A stretch of 63,944 nucleotides of DNA from Rhynchobatus australiae (GCA_034780895.1 JAUZTB010000098.1:81293463-81357406); one strand, 5' to 3'; counted from the stretch's first letter, positions 48,585 to 60,630 are shown. A program made the numbers and translations. The notes: generated from the letters alone by a model not told the origin.

Positions 48585-48768
48585 AAAGAGTGGGCACTCC
48601 AATTTTCTGGCGTGGCTCCCAATCAACAGAAATGTCTTCTCACTGCAAGGGCCCAGAAAGTCATCCAGACAGGTTGTCAAGTGCCTGTGGCAGGAGGTTG
48701 GACTGGATATTAATACCTGGCAATGAAGTACCAAGGACAGAGGCACAGTGCTGCATGAAGTTTCATGC
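48585..48768 (+). mobile_element. Myb/SANT-like DNA-binding domain relic (Harbinger ORF1 type)
   Basis: Across frameshifts: KEWALQFSG / RNVFSLQGPRKSSRQVVKCLWQEVGLDIN / VPRTEAQCCMKFH fits the RxPxFS..W.EV...IN....RT..QC.KKF pattern. Confidence 0.5.
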
Positions 48769-50774
48769 GAGGAGATCATCAAAACCCAGTTCTCAACAGC
48801 TTTACATCTAGCCCCACCAACTGCTTCATGCAATATTACCCCATCCCTGAGCCAACTTATCCATCACCCTCAGCTCCTGGATTAGTGACTGAGAGTGGAA
48901 ATAAGTCAATACATGAGGAAGAGAGAAACTGATGCTATAAGAACAAATATTGCAGCTCCCCTTTCCCTCCATGAATGTTGCCATATCAAATCTTTCAAAT
49001 TACATCTTAAGATCTCTGGTTTCTGTTTTAAATTCTCCAATTTGAAGTGTACCAAAGGGACCTAATCGCTGGTACTAATCCTAATTCTTAAACCAAATGT
49101 CAATTCAATCTTTCAATATATATAATTGCCTCCCATTGTAGCTATGATTCTGGAAAATAAAGGGAACAAGCTTGTAAAAAAATGCTCATTAATCACTATT
49201 CTCATTCATATGACCTTTAAGCCTGTTGCTAAACCTCTATCAGAGTTAGTCACCAGATTATTAACACCTGTATAAGCAAGATCTATTTGCATAAAACCCT
49301 CTGGGGTAAAAATGATTGTATTCTTTTAAATTTGTCGTGTTAATTTAAAACTGATTTTCCACAAGCAGTGACTATTTTAGTTAAATAATCTGCTTCCATA
49401 GAATGCCTCCACCTCTCAGCATTTACAAAATGTGATTATGTCTGTTTTATTGTCTCCAGATGAAAACAATTTTCTGTTCTATGAATCTTTGTGATAAAGA
49501 GAAATAAGCATCAAGTCCATTTTTTACCTCATCCCAGTTGAAAGCCATTGACATCCTTTTGGGGATAAAGCTCCAGAGTATTTCCAGCCAATCCTACAGG
49601 AACATTGATATCATTGTTTACTTCCACTGGATGAAATTCCAAACCAGATTACAATGAGTCAAATCTTAGATAATATTTTAAAACTTTTGTGTTTTAAACT
49701 ATTGTGATAATTTTTCTTTCCTATAATGGTAAAACCTTGAGATATAGTCAGATATATGTTCATACATCTTGATACAAAGACCCAATCAATGACTAATAAT
49801 TTGTTTTCCTATTTTCCTCATGATCAATCATTACACAATAGGCTTTAACCAGTAAAAGCTGAAAATACACCAATGAAGTCTGACTTGGGAAAAAAACAAA
49901 ACTCCATGTCAACAATAAATGTCAACAATGCAGAATTTTTTTTCATTTCTTTTATTTTAAGAGTGACACTATTTGTTTGAAGGATGTATGGGTGAGTAGT
50001 GTGACAGTGGGGATCAGGTAGATGGAGTTAAATTTCAATAATGTAACATGACTTTGAATGTTTGTGCTTTGCCATTAATACCTATTTCAATTTAGATGTG
50101 TTTTATAGAGCCCAAAAGTTGACATATTCCTTGTTTGAAGTTTCTTCTAATGGCTGAAAATAACCAATTTTGATGAACATTAGCAAAACTTAAATAAAAA
50201 TATACTTGAATTGGATAAAGCATTTAAAAAATGAAATAATCAAATCTTATTTACATTTATCCAATCGATAATATGTTTCTTTGAACAGAGATATGGGAAT
50301 TACTTGAAAAAAATGGTGGTTGGATTGCACAAAAAATGAGTTGCTGACAAAACATGACAACCAATGTCTTTTCAGTTAGACTCACATAGAAACAAATGTG
50401 AATGAAGCATGAGGAAGTCCGGTGATGGAGACCCATGAGAATTGTGGTTCTAGAAACACCTGTTCTCTCGAGCATGTGATGTTTACCCATTGCCATAAAT
50501 CAACATACTTATATATTATACTTCACTGAAAAAAAAATCTATGTTGTTCACCTTTGAATGAACCTCCTCCATCTGCTTCCACCTGTCCATACATCTGTCT
50601 AGATATCTTTCCATGTGATCAATCCTCTCTATGCTCGTCACTTAGATACCAGGGTTGATATTTTCAATACATTTTGTATTGTTATTGGGGAGTCTTCTCC
50701 CTCATGTCATTTTTGAGTAAGTTTAAGAATAGAGAACCAATAGGGTCTAAAAATTTTTAAAACATAACATTGAA

Positions 50775-51299
50775 AATACTTTATAGTCATTCATCCATGC
50801 TACAAAAACATATGGCGGAACGAAATGTTGTTTCCCCCAGACTCACACAGCAGAGGACATACATACAACAGAAGACATACAATAAACACAAACAGAAAAA
50901 AAATTGTGTAAGTACAAATAGTGCAAAAAACCGGTATATACAAAATACAAATTTAGTGCAGAGTTAGTGCAAAACCAAGTTGAACAAAGAAAAATACAAA
51001 GTTCAGTGTGTTGTACTAATTGTATAAACATGTTCAGCAGCAGCCAAGGTTCTATACGCTGTTGTGCAAACCAGAGCTTTTGATGCAGCATTTATCTACC
51101 AGGGTATTTAGGAGGCTGACAGCCTGGGGGAGAAAACTGTTGTGCAATCTGGTAGTTCTGGCCCAGATGCTCCACTACCGCCTGCCAGACGGCAGTGGGA
51201 CAAATAGATCATGCAAGGGATAAGCCAGGTTGTCTATGATTCTGAAAACCTTATGTGTGCATCATGTGTTGTAAATATCCAAGATGGAGGGAAGAGATT
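50775..51299 (-). mobile_element. Rex1/Babar LINE 3' end (runs into a gap)
   Basis: Collinear with 52480-52990; encodes PLPSGRR..IWARTTRLHNSFLPQAVSLLN. Confidence 0.88.
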
Positions 51300-52464
51300 N
51301 NNNNNNNNNNNNNNNNNNNNNNNNNNNNNNNNNNNNNNNNNNNNNNNNNNNNNNNNNNNNNNNNNNNNNNNNNNNNNNNNNNNNNNNNNNNNNNNNNNNG
51401 AGTTCCTCCAGCATTTTGCTCGTTGCTCCAGCTTCCAGCCCCTGCAGTCATTTGAGTTTCCACCCTGAATTTGTTGCTTGATTTGCGCATTGGTAATTGT
51501 GTGCGTCATTTAAACAACATTATTTTGTTCAGCAAAATCCAATTCAATGATTCAAATGATATTCAGTTTAGATTAGCTCTGTAGGTAACCTAGTGACAGG
51601 TGAGAATTGGGTAGATGAGAGGCATGTGCAAGATGATAAATCTCTCAATTTAACTTCTCTAACTAGAGACCCATCCAAAATAAACAGCCACCTGAGAGAG
51701 CATTCTGCGTGTTTGGATGGGTGATGTATTACTCGGAAGGAAAGTATGTCTTTTATTGTAGTCCTCCTGTTTGGAACTTGATACAAAAATGTGAGCTGCA
51801 CCTAACCAGAAGAGGCAAACCCACTTCTGTCCTGGTGGGTGATCTGTGCATAAACAAGTTAGGTCCGTCCAGATATGTTTCGATACAAACTCATTGACAC
51901 ATTGTGAGTTGTGTGGGGTGTCAGCATGGGTGATAGCAGTACAGCTGGCCAGCATGCTGACAGCCAACAGCAAGGACATTGGAAGACTGCGAGGTGTAAT
52001 GGGTAGATGTGAGAAGGTCTGCTGGGTCAGTGGTTGTGCTTGGTCTCTTCCAAAGAGAGAACAACAAGTTTCGGCTCCACGGAGTCACCGGCTTTCTTCC
52101 AGGACAGCCCCACACAAACCCCAGTAGTCTCCTGGGTGACAGATTTCCAGACCATTGTAAGGCTCTGCAATCCACTAACCTACAGCTACAATGGCAGCAG
52201 ATAGAGCTTGCACGGAATCACCCTGGCAGTGGGTGGCTTTTGCTTCTGCTGCATTTGAAGCCTGGGACATCAGCCGACACACACGACGTGACAATTTGAT
52301 CTGCAATGTCTGAATGGGGTTGGACGCCATTTGCATGATATACGGGCTCCAAGCTTGGGCAAAGCCTTCAACCAAGTTGGTGACGGCAATGTCCCAAGCT
52401 GTTCATGCCTTTCTCTGTAGACTCCCCACTTAAGATTTCCACTGAGGCCTGTGCAGGGGAGTCA

Positions 52465-53993
52465 GTCAAGTTCGAGTTACTTTATTGTCATTCATTCATG
52501 CTATAAAAACACACGGCGGAACGAAATGTCGTTTCCCCCAGACTCACACAACAGAGGACGTACAATAAACACTAAAAAACCAAAATAAAATTGTGCAAGT
52601 ACAAATAGTGCAAAAAAAAGCGGTATATACAGAATACAAATTTAGTGCAGAGTTAGTGCAAAACCGAGTTGGACGAAGAAAAATACAAAGCTCGGTGTGT
52701 TGTACTCATTGTATAAACATGTTCAGCTGCAGCCAAACTTCTTGTACGCCGTTGTGCAAACCAGGGCTTTTGATGTGGCATTTGTCTACCAGGGTGTTCA
52801 GGAGCCTGACAGCCTGGGGGAATAAACTGTTGTGCAATCTGGTAGTTCCGGCCCGGATGCTCCGGTACCACTTGCCAGGCGGTAGTGGGGCAAATAGGTC
52901 GTGGGAGGGATGAGAAGGGTCCTCTATGATTCTGAAAACTTTACATGCACATCGTGTACTGTAAATATGCGAGATAGAGGGGAGAGGTACTCCAATGATC
53001 TTTCTTGCTGAACTCGCAATTCTCTGCAAAGTCTTACGGTCAGAGATATTACTGTTGCCGTACCAGGCAGAGATGCAGCTGGTCAGGACACTCTCAATGG
53101 TACCCCTGTAGAATGTGGTGAGGCTGGGGGAGGGCAGTTTTGCTCTTTCCAGCCGCTGTAAAACGTGGAGACGCTGCTGTGCCTTCTTGGCGAGGGAGGA
53201 GATGTTGGTTGACCAGGACAGGTCGTCTGCTATATGTATTCCCAAGAACTTATAACAGCTGACTCTCTGTACAATGATGCCTTTGATGCACAGAGGTAAG
53301 TGGTCAGACTGAGCCTTTCTAAAATCCACAATCACCTCTCTTGTCCATGTTCAAGGAGAGATTGTTGACTGAGCACCAGTCCACCAGCCTCGTCACCTCC
53401 TCTCTGTAAGCTGTTTCATCATTCCTGCTGATGAGGCCCATCACTGTTGTATCATCAGCAAACTTGATGATACGGTTGGAGCTTGAGTCGGCAGAACAGT
53501 CATGGGTCAGCAGCGTGAACAGCAGTGGACTGAGCACGCAGCCCTGGGGGGGTTCCAGTGCTCAGCCTGGTGATGATTGAGATGGTATTTCCAATATGAA
53601 CTGACTGTGGCCTTTCAGATTGGAAGTCCAAAATCCAATTGCAGGTGGAGGTGCTGAGGCCCAGTAGGTGTAGCTTTCTTATGAGGTTCTGTGGGATGAG
53701 AGTGTTAAAGGCAGAGCTGAAGTCTATGAAGAGCATCCTAACATAAGTGTCCTTTTGATCTAGGTGAGACAAAGCCAGGTGGAGGGCAAAGGACACTGCG
53801 TCTTCAGTTGACCAATTGGGGCGGTATGCAGGCTGAAAGGCTTCCAGTGATGGAAGGAGAATGGATTTGATGTGTTGCAAGACTAACCTCTCGAAGCAGT
53901 TTATGATGACTGAAGTCAGTGCCATGGGGTGGTAGTCATTTAAATAGGTTACAGGCGTCTTTTTAGGCACTAGTATAATGGTGGTAGATTTAA
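52465..53993 (-). mobile_element. Rex1/Babar LINE, about 1.5 kb 5'-truncated copy with full RT domain (frameshifted)
   Basis: [86 protein letters not shown]. Confidence 0.95.
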
Positions 53994-54227
53994 ATTCTCC
54001 AGATTGGTTTAGAAGATTCTAGGTACCGTGAGATCCACAGCTGGTTGTAGCAGAACATCAATAGTTACCGGCCCTGACAGAATTTATCTAATTTATTACT
54101 GTGTTCTCCCTTCTGTTGCCAAGCCTATTTTCTTTCCAGTTGGCTAACTTACCATTAAAAAGTAAAGCCATGCACAAAAATTAAAAGTGTCATAACTTTA
54201 CTATTGATTATTTGGGTCTGAGTTACA

Positions 54228-54447
54228 GTGAATAATGGAAATACCCAGCAGATCAGCTAGTGTCTGTGAAGAGAGCAACACAATTAATGTTTCAGGTTGG
54301 TGACCTTACGTTTGAACATGAAAAATCATCAACATGAAATGGTCCCTTTTATTTCTCTGTCCACAGACCTGCCTGACATGCTGAGTATTTTCAACATTTT
54401 CTGTTCATTATTTCAGATTTCTAGCATTGGCAGTATTCTGCTTTTAT
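54228..54447. mobile_element. Inverted-pair Penelope terminal repeat, old
   Basis: ggaaatacccagcagatcag..tctgtgaagagag versus ctctgtccacagacctgcctgacatgctgagtattttc (inverted arms). Confidence 0.6.
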
Positions 54448-54919
54448 ATAACTTGGGTTTAGTAATTTGTAGTTTGACTACACAGTAATACTTTCTCAGG
54501 ATGTGTTAACTTCACTCATTTGACCGGTTTTGGTTTGTAGAATACTCTCTGAACAAACAGGTAAACTGCTTCCATTTTAGGTAATGGTTGAATTTCCACA
54601 TGCCTGCTAGTTAAAATTGATCTGTATGCTTGTGTGATGTTTGAAACTGACTACATTGAAATCTCATTATTGGCCAGGCCCCAAATACCATAAAGAAGAC
54701 GTCATGCTTGTTTGTTTGCCATAACTCACTAAGAGTTTAGAGATTGCAAATGCAAAAAGAAAATCACCCCACACTTAAAAAAAAATTGAGAACAGTAACA
54801 GCTGATGCTGTTGTGTCGGTCAATTAATCTTGTAGAGTTCACAATAACTGGAGGTATTCACTGCCAAGTCTGCATCTATATTCTCTGCTAATTAAATGTG
54901 GTAAATCTTCCTTTGTTCT

Positions 54920-55730
54920 TTGGTCTTTATCTCAAGAGGGATGGGATACAAAGGAGTGGAAGTGATGTCAATGTCATATAAAGTTCTGGTTAGACACTGT
55001 TTAGAATACAGTATGCACTTCTGAGAACAGGAAGGATACACTGGAGGAGGTGCAATAATAGTAAGACCTCAAGACTTGTTATGAGGACCCTTAGGTTTTC
55101 TTGAGTATAAGATACTAAGATTTGATCTAATGAGGTGAATTAATTTAAGATGATTGAATGAGTTGATGAGGGCAGCACGGTAGTGTAGTGGTTAGCGTAA
55201 TGCTATTACAACGCCAGCGACCTGGGTTCAACTCCCGCTGCTGTCTGTAAAGAGTTTGTATACTCTCCCTGTGTGTCTGCATGGGTTTCCTCCCACATTC
55301 CAAAGACATACCGGTTAAGAGCTATGAGCATGCTATGTTAGCGCCGGAAGAGTGGTGACACTTGCGGGCTGCCCCCGGCACATTCTCAGTAATGCAAAAT
55401 GAAGCATTTCATTGTGTGTTTTGTTGTACATGTGACTAATAAATAAATATCTTAAGTAACGTGAAACTACTTTCTCTAATGGGGAATTGCGAATAAAAGA
55501 GCAGGGCCATTCAGGGATAATATCAAGAAGAATTCCTTCATGCTAATGGTATTGGAAACCAGGAAATCATTCACCCCAAAGCCACTAAAACTGGGTCAAT
55601 TGAATATTTCAAAACTAAGACCATTAGAATTTTGTTGGATGGGCGATGAAGAGATATAGAATCGAGTTCAGATACACATCAGCCATGATCTAACTAAATG
55701 GCTCAACTCCAGTTGTGATGATCTCATGTT
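54920..55730 (+). mobile_element. CR1 LINE 3' relic split by a V-SINE
   Basis: tataaagttctggttagacactgtttagaatac (YKxLVRxxLEY); resumes at 55455 and ends with cagccatgatcta. Confidence 0.6.
55169..55453 (+). mobile_element. V-SINE with Rex1-type tail, near full length
   Basis: Head ggcagcacggtagtgtagtggttagc (A box)..gggttcaactcc (B box), V-domain, and tail gcatttcattgtgtgttttgttgtacatgtgactaataaa. Confidence 0.85.
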
Positions 55731-55937
55731 TCATTGGCTGTACAGTTACTTTCACTCCTCTTAAGTAAAGTATCCTGGCACAAGTTGAGTATCCTGTGAA
55801 AACTGCCTGCTACAATATCAAGTGTCGACACATTTTCTGACCATACACGGGCATCATCACAACTGAGTCCCCTTCTGTTACTCAAATGCATGCAGTTCTA
55901 ACGCAGGTAAACGGAAGGAGTACAGAAAGTGCCAGGC

Positions 55938-56604
55938 TTACTGCAATTTTCGGATTACCAAGGATTGAATCTGGCCATTTATCTGCTTCCGCTAACCGTA
56001 TGATTGCCTTTGTTNNNNNNNNNNNNNNNNNNNNNNNNNNNNNNNNNNNNNNNNNNNNNNNNNNNNNNNNNNNNNNNNNNNNNNNNNNNNNNNNNNNNNN
56101 NNNNNNNNNNNNNNTTCTCAAACTATGTCATGTTTAAACTTGGAAAAAATTAGGAGTGGTACTGTTGATCCTTCGCTTAAATTTGAAGACACTTGGAGTC
56201 CATTTATCCAATATTTTCACATGATGTAGATCCCCCTTCAACAACTTTTTAATTTCGAGAAACGGAGTTGATGACATAATATTGCTCTGTTTCTATTGAG
56301 AAATTCTGGCCCAATTTTTCTTTGCTTTTTTTACATTGTTTATAATTTTTTTAACATATTGATTTGGGGTTTCTTTTTCTTTTTTTTAACTGATATAATA
56401 AATTTTTTTCTTTTCTTTCTTTTATACCCTTTTCATTAACTAAGAGATCATTGGACCTTGAATTTTTTATATTTTGTTGTATGATTATCTAAAACTTGAA
56501 TGATATCCAGATCTCTTGGTAAGATATGTACGAACTCTGATGCCAAATACCATTTTGTATTGATTTGAAAACTTATAAAAAGATTGAAAAAGAAAAAAAA
56601 GAAA
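55938..56604 (+). mobile_element. L1/Tx1-group LINE 3' end with 14-bp TSD
   Basis: TAIFGLP..MIAFV [gap] CLNLEKIRSGTVDPSLKFEDTWSPFIQYF*, T-rich UTR and A-tail. AGAAAGTGCCAGGC occurs at 55924-55937 and 56605-56618. Confidence 0.88.
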
Positions 56605-56608
56605 AGAA

Positions 56609-57310
56609 AGTGCCAGGCAATGACCATCTCCAATAAGAGAGGATCTAACCATCTAGCCCTGACATTCCATATTTTACCATTGCAGAGTCCCATTACATTA
56701 ATGTCCTGGGATCACCATTGTCCAAATACTCAACTAGACCAGCCGCATAAATACAGTGACCACAAAAGCAGGTTAGAGGCTGAGTAAGCTGTGGCAAGTG
56801 ACTCCCCTCCACCATAAGCAAGGCCCAAATCAGAATACTCCCTGGCTATCTCTCAAGATGCTTGACACCCAAGACAAAGCAGCCTGCTTAAATGCCACCC
56901 CCATCGACTATCCTAAACATTCATTCCCTCCACCACTGGCACACTGGTTGCAGTGTGTGCCATCTACAAAATGCAGCGCATTTACTCACCCAAGTATTCT
57001 CACAATACCTCCCAAACCTGTGACCTTCACCACCAAGAAGGCAAGGGAAGAAGGTACATTGGAACACTACCCTCTACAGGTTCTCCTCTAAATCACCAAC
57101 AATCCTGATTTGAAATTTATCACTGGCCTCATCATCACTAGGTTTGTCCTGAAACTCCTTGAACAAACAATGCTGAGGGAGTACCTTCACCGGAAGGATT
57201 GCAGTGGTTCAAGAAGGTGGCTTATCACAACCTCCTCAAAGGCAATTCGTATTCGGCAATAAACACTGGGCTTGTCAGCATTGTTCGGATCCTGAAAATG
57301 AATAAAAAAT
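56609..57310 (+). mobile_element. CR1/L2-group LINE 3' fragment
   Basis: KCQAMTISNKR..L..LDTQDKAACL segments and the 3' tail cagtggttcaagaaggtggc..caaggcaatt..gcaataaa..atgaataaaaaa. Confidence 0.75.
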
Positions 57311-57714
57311 AGACATGAGCCCTGTGCTCATTCTAAGCTTGACCTTCTATTCTCTGTTCCACTGTCTTTCATAGTTTAGTTACTTGCTGGCCTTGTGACG
57401 TTAAGTGGTCACCTTCTACTGTTGCACAAACACTTTAGGAACCACAATGGTATGCAGCTGGAGGAAGTCATCTTTGAATGAGCTAACAGGTGTGTATCTC
57501 TGTTTTTTTGGTTCCTATTGTTGTGTGGGTTTGATTGAAGTGGGTCCCAATGGTTTCAGAGTACTGTTCTGCTTGTCAGCAGTCGCTCAGTACTATTCTT
57601 TGTTAATATGAGTTTCATGGGGTTATAAATAAATCGTGTTTGCAGGTTCCTTTCCTGTCGATTTTGTTTAGCAGCATTCTCAGGATTCTTCTGTGTCCCT
57701 TCTCCCAGGGGAGG

Positions 57715-58085
57715 TTAGAATTAATGGCTGTTTACATTAACAAGAGGCCTTTGATGCTTCGTGAAAAATGTCATGATTGTAAACTTCATGGCAACCTTGC
57801 ATAAAGTCACATTCACAAACTCTAAAGCTAAGCACTTTATGAAGCTGAATATAAAATTAACCAAGATGAAAGAATTTCTCAGATTATCAGTCAGTGTTGG
57901 GTGTGGAAACAGTACCGCATAAAGGCTTTGCTTTGATGTGGTCGATTTCTTATAATATTCAGCAGGAAATTCACAGCAATGACTTAATCTTGGAAGGTGG
58001 TTGATGTTTTTCAAGTGGATGAGGCAAGCAGTTTGCACACAGTAATATTGCACATAAAGCAATTGCGCCCAATGTACCAATACCT
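57715..58085. promoter_or_regulatory. Candidate enhancer (TCF/LEF, Cdx/posterior Hox and Fox motif cluster)
   Basis: CTTTGAT at 57749 and 57931; CATAAA/TTTATG at 57800, 57836, 57918 and 58053; TGTTTAC at 57729; no recognisable repeat. Confidence 0.3.
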
Positions 58086-58209
58086 TACAGAAGCTTCCGC
58101 CCATTCCTCTTCATCTAAACCTATTCATTTTTTTCCACTATGATTCAGATTCCCCTCAAATTCATCAATGCTATTTTCCTCATGCACACTTTGCGGTAGC
58201 AAGATTTAT

Positions 58210-58687
58210 TTTCCCTCCTTCTCCGCTGTCTGTTGGGGTGACGATAACTTACAAATCTGTGGGCGCCAAGAATTATATTGGCACCGGCAGCATAGCAACA
58301 CTTGTGAGCTGTCTCCAGAACACTCTATTGCAAAAGATGTATTTCACTGTCTGTTTTGATGTAAGTGTGACTAATAAAGATATCCTACCTTATCTTATGT
58401 GGGATCTGCAGATTCTGCCACAGATGGGGTGGCTGGAAATTGGCAGGGTGAATAGATGGTTTGTGTGGAGTATTGTATGTTCCTTTTCTGCCTATCCTTT
58501 GTCCAAGAAACTTAGTGGTTGATGGCTTCCTGGATTCTTCATTTGCACTTTGAGTGGGCTTGGGCCAGGATTTCCATGAGGTGATGAGAATACTACAATT
58601 TCTCAACAAGGCTTTGAAAACATCCATGAGGCATTTCTCTGTCCTTTTGGAAATCACTTGTTGTGATGGATCTTGGGGTGCAGTGCT
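58210..58687 (-). mobile_element. RTE-clade LINE 3' relic interrupted by a V-SINE fragment
   Basis: Reverse strand DTILPKQALH..(fs)KCLMDVFKALLRNCSI..SWKS fits the RTE C-terminal RLPK.....GG.RKRFKD.LK..L..C.I...W pattern. Confidence 0.65.
58258..58397 (+). mobile_element. V-SINE 3' fragment (Rex1-type tail)
   Basis: ttggcaccggcagc..cagaacactctattgcaaaagatgtatttcactgt..gtgactaataaagatatc matches 60490-60605. Confidence 0.75.
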
Positions 58688-58689
58688 TG

Positions 58690-59600
58690 TTTTGGAAGTA
58701 TTGTGTCGGGAAGATAATGGAATCTTTCCTAAAGGAAGGAATGGAAGAACACCTAGAAGCAGAAAGAACAGTAATGAATTATCATCAAGGATATCAAAAG
58801 GGAAAATCTTGCTTAAAGAATATTATTGACTATTCTGAAGAGTTATTGGAAAGAGTAGACAACAATAATGTAACAGATGTAATTTATCTAGATTTTCAAT
58901 AGATACCCCATGATAGATGAATGAATAAGGTCAAAGAATGCAAGTTCAGGGGAAAAGTTACAGAATGGATTGCTGACTGGCTTCAATAAAGAAAGCAGAG
59001 TGGAAGAGGAATAAAGGGTAGCTATTCATCGTGGAAGAAGATGGTTTGTGGTTTTCCAAAGACTAGTGATGGGGCCTCTTTTCTCAATTTATGTCAATAA
59101 CTTAGACTTGTGAATCACTTTCGAATCATAGACGATATTTAAGTTTGCAAATGGTAACGAATTGGAAAGGAATCGGGTAGTCAGAATGGAGCAGGACTTC
59201 AACAAAGCACAGGAAGACTTTCATGGCGATGCAGAATGGGCGAATAATTGGCAAATTAAGTTCAGCACAGATAAAAATGAGGTAGTACATTTTGGTAGAT
59301 GGAATAGTCACATTAATTAGAAGGTGCAAGTCCAGAATGAGCAGAGGAACATAGGGCTGTCAGAGTGCAAATATATTACTCAATAAATTGCAATAAAAAT
59401 AGCAAAATCATAAGGAAGGTAAAACCAAGCACTAGTATTTAGGGCAAGAAGGACAGATTTGAAATTTACAGAATTTAAGCTAAGCCTTGGTTTGACTACA
59501 CTTAAAAATACTGCAGATGGAAAAGAATTACAGGATGAAATTAGAAATATGAGGGTGTACATACCAGGAAATAATAAACAGATTGGGTCCCTTTTTCTAT
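58690..59600 (+). mobile_element. CR1 LINE RT-region relic
   Basis: HQGYQKGKSCLKNIIDYSEE..DVIYLDFQ, followed by KFANG (decayed KFADD) and wnn/KFS segments. Confidence 0.78.
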
Positions 59601-59604
59601 TCCC

Positions 59605-59855
59605 TCAGCCTATCCTCTCTCAAATGCATATGAATTCTCCCCCGATTCTCCTGCCACCCACCTACATAAGGACAATTTTACAGTTGATTTGAATTAACCC
59701 ACTGGCACATCTTTGTGATGTGGGAGGAAACCAGAGTACCGGAGGAAATCCATGCATTTGCAGGAAGAAGATGCAAATTCCACACAGACATCTCCAGAAG
59801 TTAAGATTGAACCTGGGTTGCTGAAGCTAAGCAGCAGAAGCACTAATTGCCATGT
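59605..59855 (-). mobile_element. V-SINE
   Basis: catctttgtgatgtgggaggaaaccagagtaccggaggaaatccatgc..gcaaattccacacagaca..gattgaacctgggttgctg. Confidence 0.78.
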
Positions 59856-60061
59856 CAATGTAGTAGCATTCTCTCAGTAATGCAGTGAAGTAAGGACCTA
59901 GATTTTTTCATGTAACAGGAGTAAATTTAAATGATTCATATTTTGCGGCTGGCAACAGATGTGAAAGAATTCTCTGACTGAAAAATAGGTCAATAACTGT
60001 GGGATTCTCTTCCCACCCATTTCCTTTGGTCATTAGCCAGAGAATATTTGGTGGAACAAAA

Positions 60062-60630
60062 CATACATAAAATACTGCAGATGTTGGAAATCTGAAATAA
60101 AGAAAATGCTGGAAATACTTAGCAATTCAGCCTGTATATGTGGCAAGAGAAACAGAGCTAAACAGGACAGGCATGGTAGTGTAGCGGTTAGCATAACACT
60201 TTACAGCACCAATGACCGGGTTCAATTCCGGCCACTGTCTGTAAGGAGTTTGTACATATCTGTGTGGGTTTCCACCGGATGCTCCGGTTTCCTCCCACAT
60301 GCCAAAGACGTTCAGGTTAGGAAGTTGTGGGCGNNNNNNNNNNNNNNNNNNNNNNNNNNNNNNNNNNNNNNNNNNNNNNNNNNNNNNNNNNNNNNNNNNN
60401 NNNNNNNNNNNNNNNNNNNNNNNNNNNNNNNNNTGCTCCGGTTTCCTCCCACATGCCAAAGACGTTCAGGTTAGGAAGTTGTGGGCGTGCGAGGTTGGCG
60501 CTGGAAGTGTGGCGATATTTGCAGGCTGCTCCCAGAACACTCTATGCAAACGATGCATTTCACTGTGTGTTTTGATGTATGTGTGACTAATAAAGATATT
60601 TTATCTTTTGGTCGATGACCTTTCAGCTGA
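60062..60630 (-). mobile_element. Penelope terminal repeat interrupted by a V-SINE
   Basis: aaatactgcagatgttggaaatctgaaataaa..aaatgctggaaatacttagc..agaaacagagctaaac [SINE] ..ggtcgatgacctttca. Confidence 0.6.
60164..60606 (+). mobile_element. V-SINE with Rex1-type tail; contains a gap and an artefactual 54-bp duplication
   Basis: Same family as 55169-55453; 60280-60333 is repeated at 60434-60487. Confidence 0.85.

Noticed and set aside
57721-58104. 127-aa minus-strand ORF
   Set aside because: No domain similarity and non-coding-like composition; treated as a possible regulatory segment instead.
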